Shown here: positions 61,560-64,000 of the stretch, in pieces
How the letters are laid out: each line of letters begins with the position of its first letter
Numbering within the stretch: position 1 is the first letter of the stretch
Program-made: the position numbers and the translations under genes
Notes under the pieces: model-generated
What the model was told of the DNA's origin: nothing
What the model saw: the letters and a program-made list of their open reading frames with translations, nothing else
The model's database searches: none
From: Clostridia bacterium
GTDB lineage: Bacteria > Bacillota > Clostridia > Christensenellales > Aristaeellaceae
Assembly: GCA_017434085.1 (NCBI GenBank)
Contig: JAFRFY010000111.1
Span: forward strand, 3,878-67,877
Direction of reading: 5' to 3'
DNA: 64,000 nt

Positions 61560-62966
61560 ATGGTATTTTCGAGCATTGAATTTTTGTTTTACTTCTTGCC
61601 GGTGACGCTGATCGGCTATTTCATATTGATGCGCTGGCGCAGGGCGGCCAACGTGTTTTTATCGGTGATGAGCCTGGGCTTCTACGCCTTCGGCGCGCCG
61701 AAGTTCTTCCCGATCATGATGGCGTCCATCGTCATGAACTGGCTGTTCGGGCTGTGGGTGGACCGCGCGCGGGACGACAAAAAGCAGGCGAAGCTGGCGA
61801 TCACGCTGATGGTGGTGTTCAACCTCGGGCTGCTGGGCGTGTTCAAGTACCTGATGTTCCTGCTGACGAGCCTGAACCAGTGGACGGGCCTTCACCTGCC
61901 CGTGCCGCAGATCACGCTGCCCATCGGCATATCGTTTTTCACCTTCCAGGCCATGAGCTACGTGATCGACGTGTACCGGGGCAAGGGCAGGGTGCAGAAG
62001 AACCTGATGAACGTGTGCCTGTACATCTCCTTCTTTCCCCAGCTGATCGCGGGCCCCATCGTGCGCTACCAGACCGTGGCGGACGAGATCCAGAACCGGC
62101 GGGAGAACTTCGACGACTTCATCGAGGGCACGGTGCGCTTCATGCGGGGCCTGTGCAAGAAGATGCTGCTGGCCAACAACCTGGGCCTGCTGGTGGACAC
62201 CGCCTTCGCGCTGGAGACCAGCCAGCTCTCGGTGGTCAGCGCGTGGCTGGCGGCCTGCGCGTACCTGATGCAGGTGTACTACGACTTCTCCGGCTACTCC
62301 GACATGGCCATCGGCCTGGGGCGCATGTTCGGCTTTCACTTCCTGGAGAACTTCATCTATCCCTTCATCTGCAGGTCCGTGGCGGAATTCTGGAGCCGCT
62401 GGCACATCTCCCTGGGCACCTGGTTCCGGGACTACCTCTACATCCCCCTGGGCGGCAGCCGGGTGAAGCTGCCCCGGCTGGTGTTCAACATGATGGTGGT
62501 GTGGACCCTCACCGGCCTGTGGCACGGCGCGGCCTGGACCTACTTTTTGTGGGGCTTCGGCTTCGGCGTTTTCCTGGTGATCGAGCGCCTGACCGGGCTG
62601 GGCAAGTGGATGTCCGAACACAGGATCGGCCACTTCTACGCCATGTTCGTGGTGGTGACCATCACGGTGATGATCCGCTCGGATAATTTGCACGTCGCCC
62701 GCATATTCTATGGATCGATGTTCGGCCTCGGCGGCGCGCCGCTGTGGAATCCGCTGACCGGCGCGTTCCTGCGGGAATACGGGCCGTTCCTCGCCGCGGG
62801 GGTGCTGTTCAGCCTGCCTGTGCCCGAGCTTCTGCGGGACAGGCTGCACATGAACCCGAACCTGATGAAGGTGGCGGGGTCCGCGTGCCTGCTTGCGCTG
62901 ACCTTCATCTCCATCACCTACATCGCGGTGGGCAGCTACAACCCGTTCATCTACTTCAATTTTTAA
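61560..62966 (+). CDS. MBOAT-family membrane O-acyltransferase (AlgI/DltB-like)
   Basis: ATG 61560 (MVFSSIEFLFYFLPV) lies 11 nt after GAGGAG; the track ORF starts at 61497. Has the conserved block FWSRWHISLGTWFRDYLYIPLGG. Confidence 0.88.
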   Translation: MVFSSIEFLFYFLPVTLIGYFILMRWRRAANVFLSVMSLGFYAFGAPKFFPIMMASIVMNWLFGLWVDRARDDKKQAKLAITLMVVFNLGLLGVFKYLMFLLTSLNQWTGLHLPVPQITLPIGISFFTFQAMSYVIDVYRGKGRVQKNLMNVCLYISFFPQLIAGPIVRYQTVADEIQNRRENFDDFIEGTVRFMRGLCKKMLLANNLGLLVDTAFALETSQLSVVSAWLAACAYLMQVYYDFSGYSDMAIGLGRMFGFHFLENFIYPFICRSVAEFWSRWHISLGTWFRDYLYIPLGGSRVKLPRLVFNMMVVWTLTGLWHGAAWTYFLWGFGFGVFLVIERLTGLGKWMSEHRIGHFYAMFVVVTITVMIRSDNLHVARIFYGSMFGLGGAPLWNPLTGAFLREYGPFLAAGVLFSLPVPELLRDRLHMNPNLMKVAGSACLLALTFISITYIAVGSYNPFIYFNF

Positions 62967-62979
62967 TCGGAGGCATGCC

Positions 62980-63888
62980 ATGACTTCTCTGCTGGAAAAG
63001 CTCCGCGCCATGGCGCGTGAAGATCAGATACTGCTCGACGAGCCGATGTCGAGGCACACCACCTTCCGCGTGGGCGGCCCGGCGGACGTGATGTTTCTGC
63101 CGGAATCGCCGGAGCAGGCCGTCGGGGCCATCGCGGCGGCGCGGGCGGCGGGGGCGCCGGTCATGGTGATCGGCAACGGCTCCAACCTGCTGGTCAAAGA
63201 CGGGGGCATCCGCGGCTTGGTGATCGCGCTGGGCGAGGGCATGGCCGCCGTCGCACGGGTGGAGAACGTGATCACCGCGTGGGCGGGGGCGTCGCTTGCG
63301 CGGGTGGCGGCCTACGCGCAGGCTTCCGGGCTCTCCGGGCTGGAGTTCGCCTCCGGCATACCGGGCACGCTGGGCGGCGGCTGCGCCATGAACGCCGGGG
63401 CCTACGGCGGGCAGCTTTCGGACGTGCTCATCGACGCGCAGGTCTATCTGGACGGCAAAGTGCGCACGCTCACGAGGGACGATATGCAAATGGGCTACCG
63501 CACCACCCGGCCCCTCAGGGAGGGGGGCGTGGTGCTGTCCGCGCGGTTTGCGCTTCGGCCGGACGACCCCGAGGCCATCGCCGCGCGCATGCGGGAGCTG
63601 AACGCCCGCCGCCGGGACAAGCAGCCGCTGAACTACCCCAGCGCCGGGAGCACCTTCAAGCGGCCCGAGGGCCACTATGCCGGGGCGCTGATCGAGGCCG
63701 CCGGACTCAAGGGGCGGTCCGTCCACGGCGCGCAGGTCAGTGAAAAGCACGCCGGGTTCATCGTCAAGCCCGGCGAGGCTACCGCCGCGGACATCATCGA
63801 GCTGATCCATATCGTGCAGGACGAAGTCATGGCGCGCTCCGGCGTCGCGCTGGAGCCGGAGGTGCGGATCATCGGAGAGGATCAATAG
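62980..63888 (+). CDS. murB: UDP-N-acetylenolpyruvoylglucosamine reductase
   Basis: 302 aa. Motifs HTTFRVGGPAD, IGNGSNLL and SAGSTFKRP. Confidence 0.92.
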   Translation: MTSLLEKLRAMAREDQILLDEPMSRHTTFRVGGPADVMFLPESPEQAVGAIAAARAAGAPVMVIGNGSNLLVKDGGIRGLVIALGEGMAAVARVENVITAWAGASLARVAAYAQASGLSGLEFASGIPGTLGGGCAMNAGAYGGQLSDVLIDAQVYLDGKVRTLTRDDMQMGYRTTRPLREGGVVLSARFALRPDDPEAIAARMRELNARRRDKQPLNYPSAGSTFKRPEGHYAGALIEAAGLKGRSVHGAQVSEKHAGFIVKPGEATAADIIELIHIVQDEVMARSGVALEPEVRIIGEDQ

Positions 63889-63890
63889 CC

Positions 63891-64000
63891 ATGTCATTTA
63901 CCACGGATGTGCGGGGCGAGCTGGCGCGGGTCAGGACCGAGGACATCTGCTGCGCCCGCAGCGAGCTGGCCTCGGCGCTGCTGGCCTCGGGGGGCATCGC
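63891..64000 (+). CDS. whiA: DNA-binding protein WhiA, N-terminal fragment (runs off window)
   Basis: ATG 63891. MSFTTDVRGELARVRTEDICCARSELASALL matches the WhiA N-terminus pattern (SFT..VK.EL....... CC..AEL.A). Confidence 0.7.
   Translation, partial: MSFTTDVRGELARVRTEDICCARSELASALLASGGI

Overview
GC-rich chromosomal segment. Gene content and GGAGG-type ribosome-binding sites suggest a Gram-positive anaerobe of the Clostridia / Oscillospiraceae type; that taxon call is inference only. I see about 55 credible protein genes and no rRNA, tRNA, CRISPR array, integrase, transposase or prophage. All product calls come from motifs read by eye in the translations; no database search was run.

Layout:
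- 1-10 kb: PIN toxin fragment, Fe-alcohol dehydrogenase, two small membrane proteins, a secreted FMN/FAD flavoprotein reductase lipoprotein, a methyltransferase and a hybrid sensor kinase.
- 10.3-14.3 kb: a heavily decayed CnaB-type adhesin pseudogene carrying a MITE-like insertion.
- 14-18.5 kb: HAD hydrolase, two UBA-like/DUF4342-like paralogs, mutY, capA-like.
- 18.8-22.2 kb: a 1124-aa protein with a poly-(Asp-Gly-Tyr) N-terminus, two TM helices and 13 tandem His/Cys3 modules.
- 22.3-29.3 kb: two cobamide nucleotide-loop clusters (cobO-cobC-cobU-like; cobT-cobU-cobS) separated by a trmB-aldolase fusion and an NlpC/P60 gene.
- 29.3-32.7 kb: sirtuin, deoxyinosine glycosylase, pyrimidine-nucleoside phosphorylase, CPBP protease.
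- 33.9-49.4 kb: a 15-gene co-directional minus-strand catabolic island (sugar ABC uptake, cytoplasmic beta-helix enzyme, DUF362, tctBA, two SDRs, split transketolase, beta-hydroxyacid dehydrogenase, PfkB kinase, gnd).
- 49.6-53.2 kb: c-di-GMP genes.
- 54-64 kb: envelope genes (lipid kinase, O-antigen-ligase-like, SH3b proteins, MBOAT, murB, whiA).

Most interesting signals:
1. An unannotated candidate type I toxin-antitoxin locus at 58.87-59.16 kb: a 25-aa hydrophobic peptide mRNA with a sequestered SD, convergent with a small RNA, both behind consensus promoters and sharing one terminator.
2. The 13-module Zn-ribbon-like repeat protein.
3. Several dispersed repeat families (MITE-like elements, GGGCGATGAGGGCATCGCCCCTAC palindromes, GAATTRG heptamer arrays, a TGCAGGGGCGCC hairpin). 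Some of these have truncated or interrupted genes.

Many long ORFs in the six-frame track are antisense shadow ORFs typical of GC-rich DNA and were rejected.
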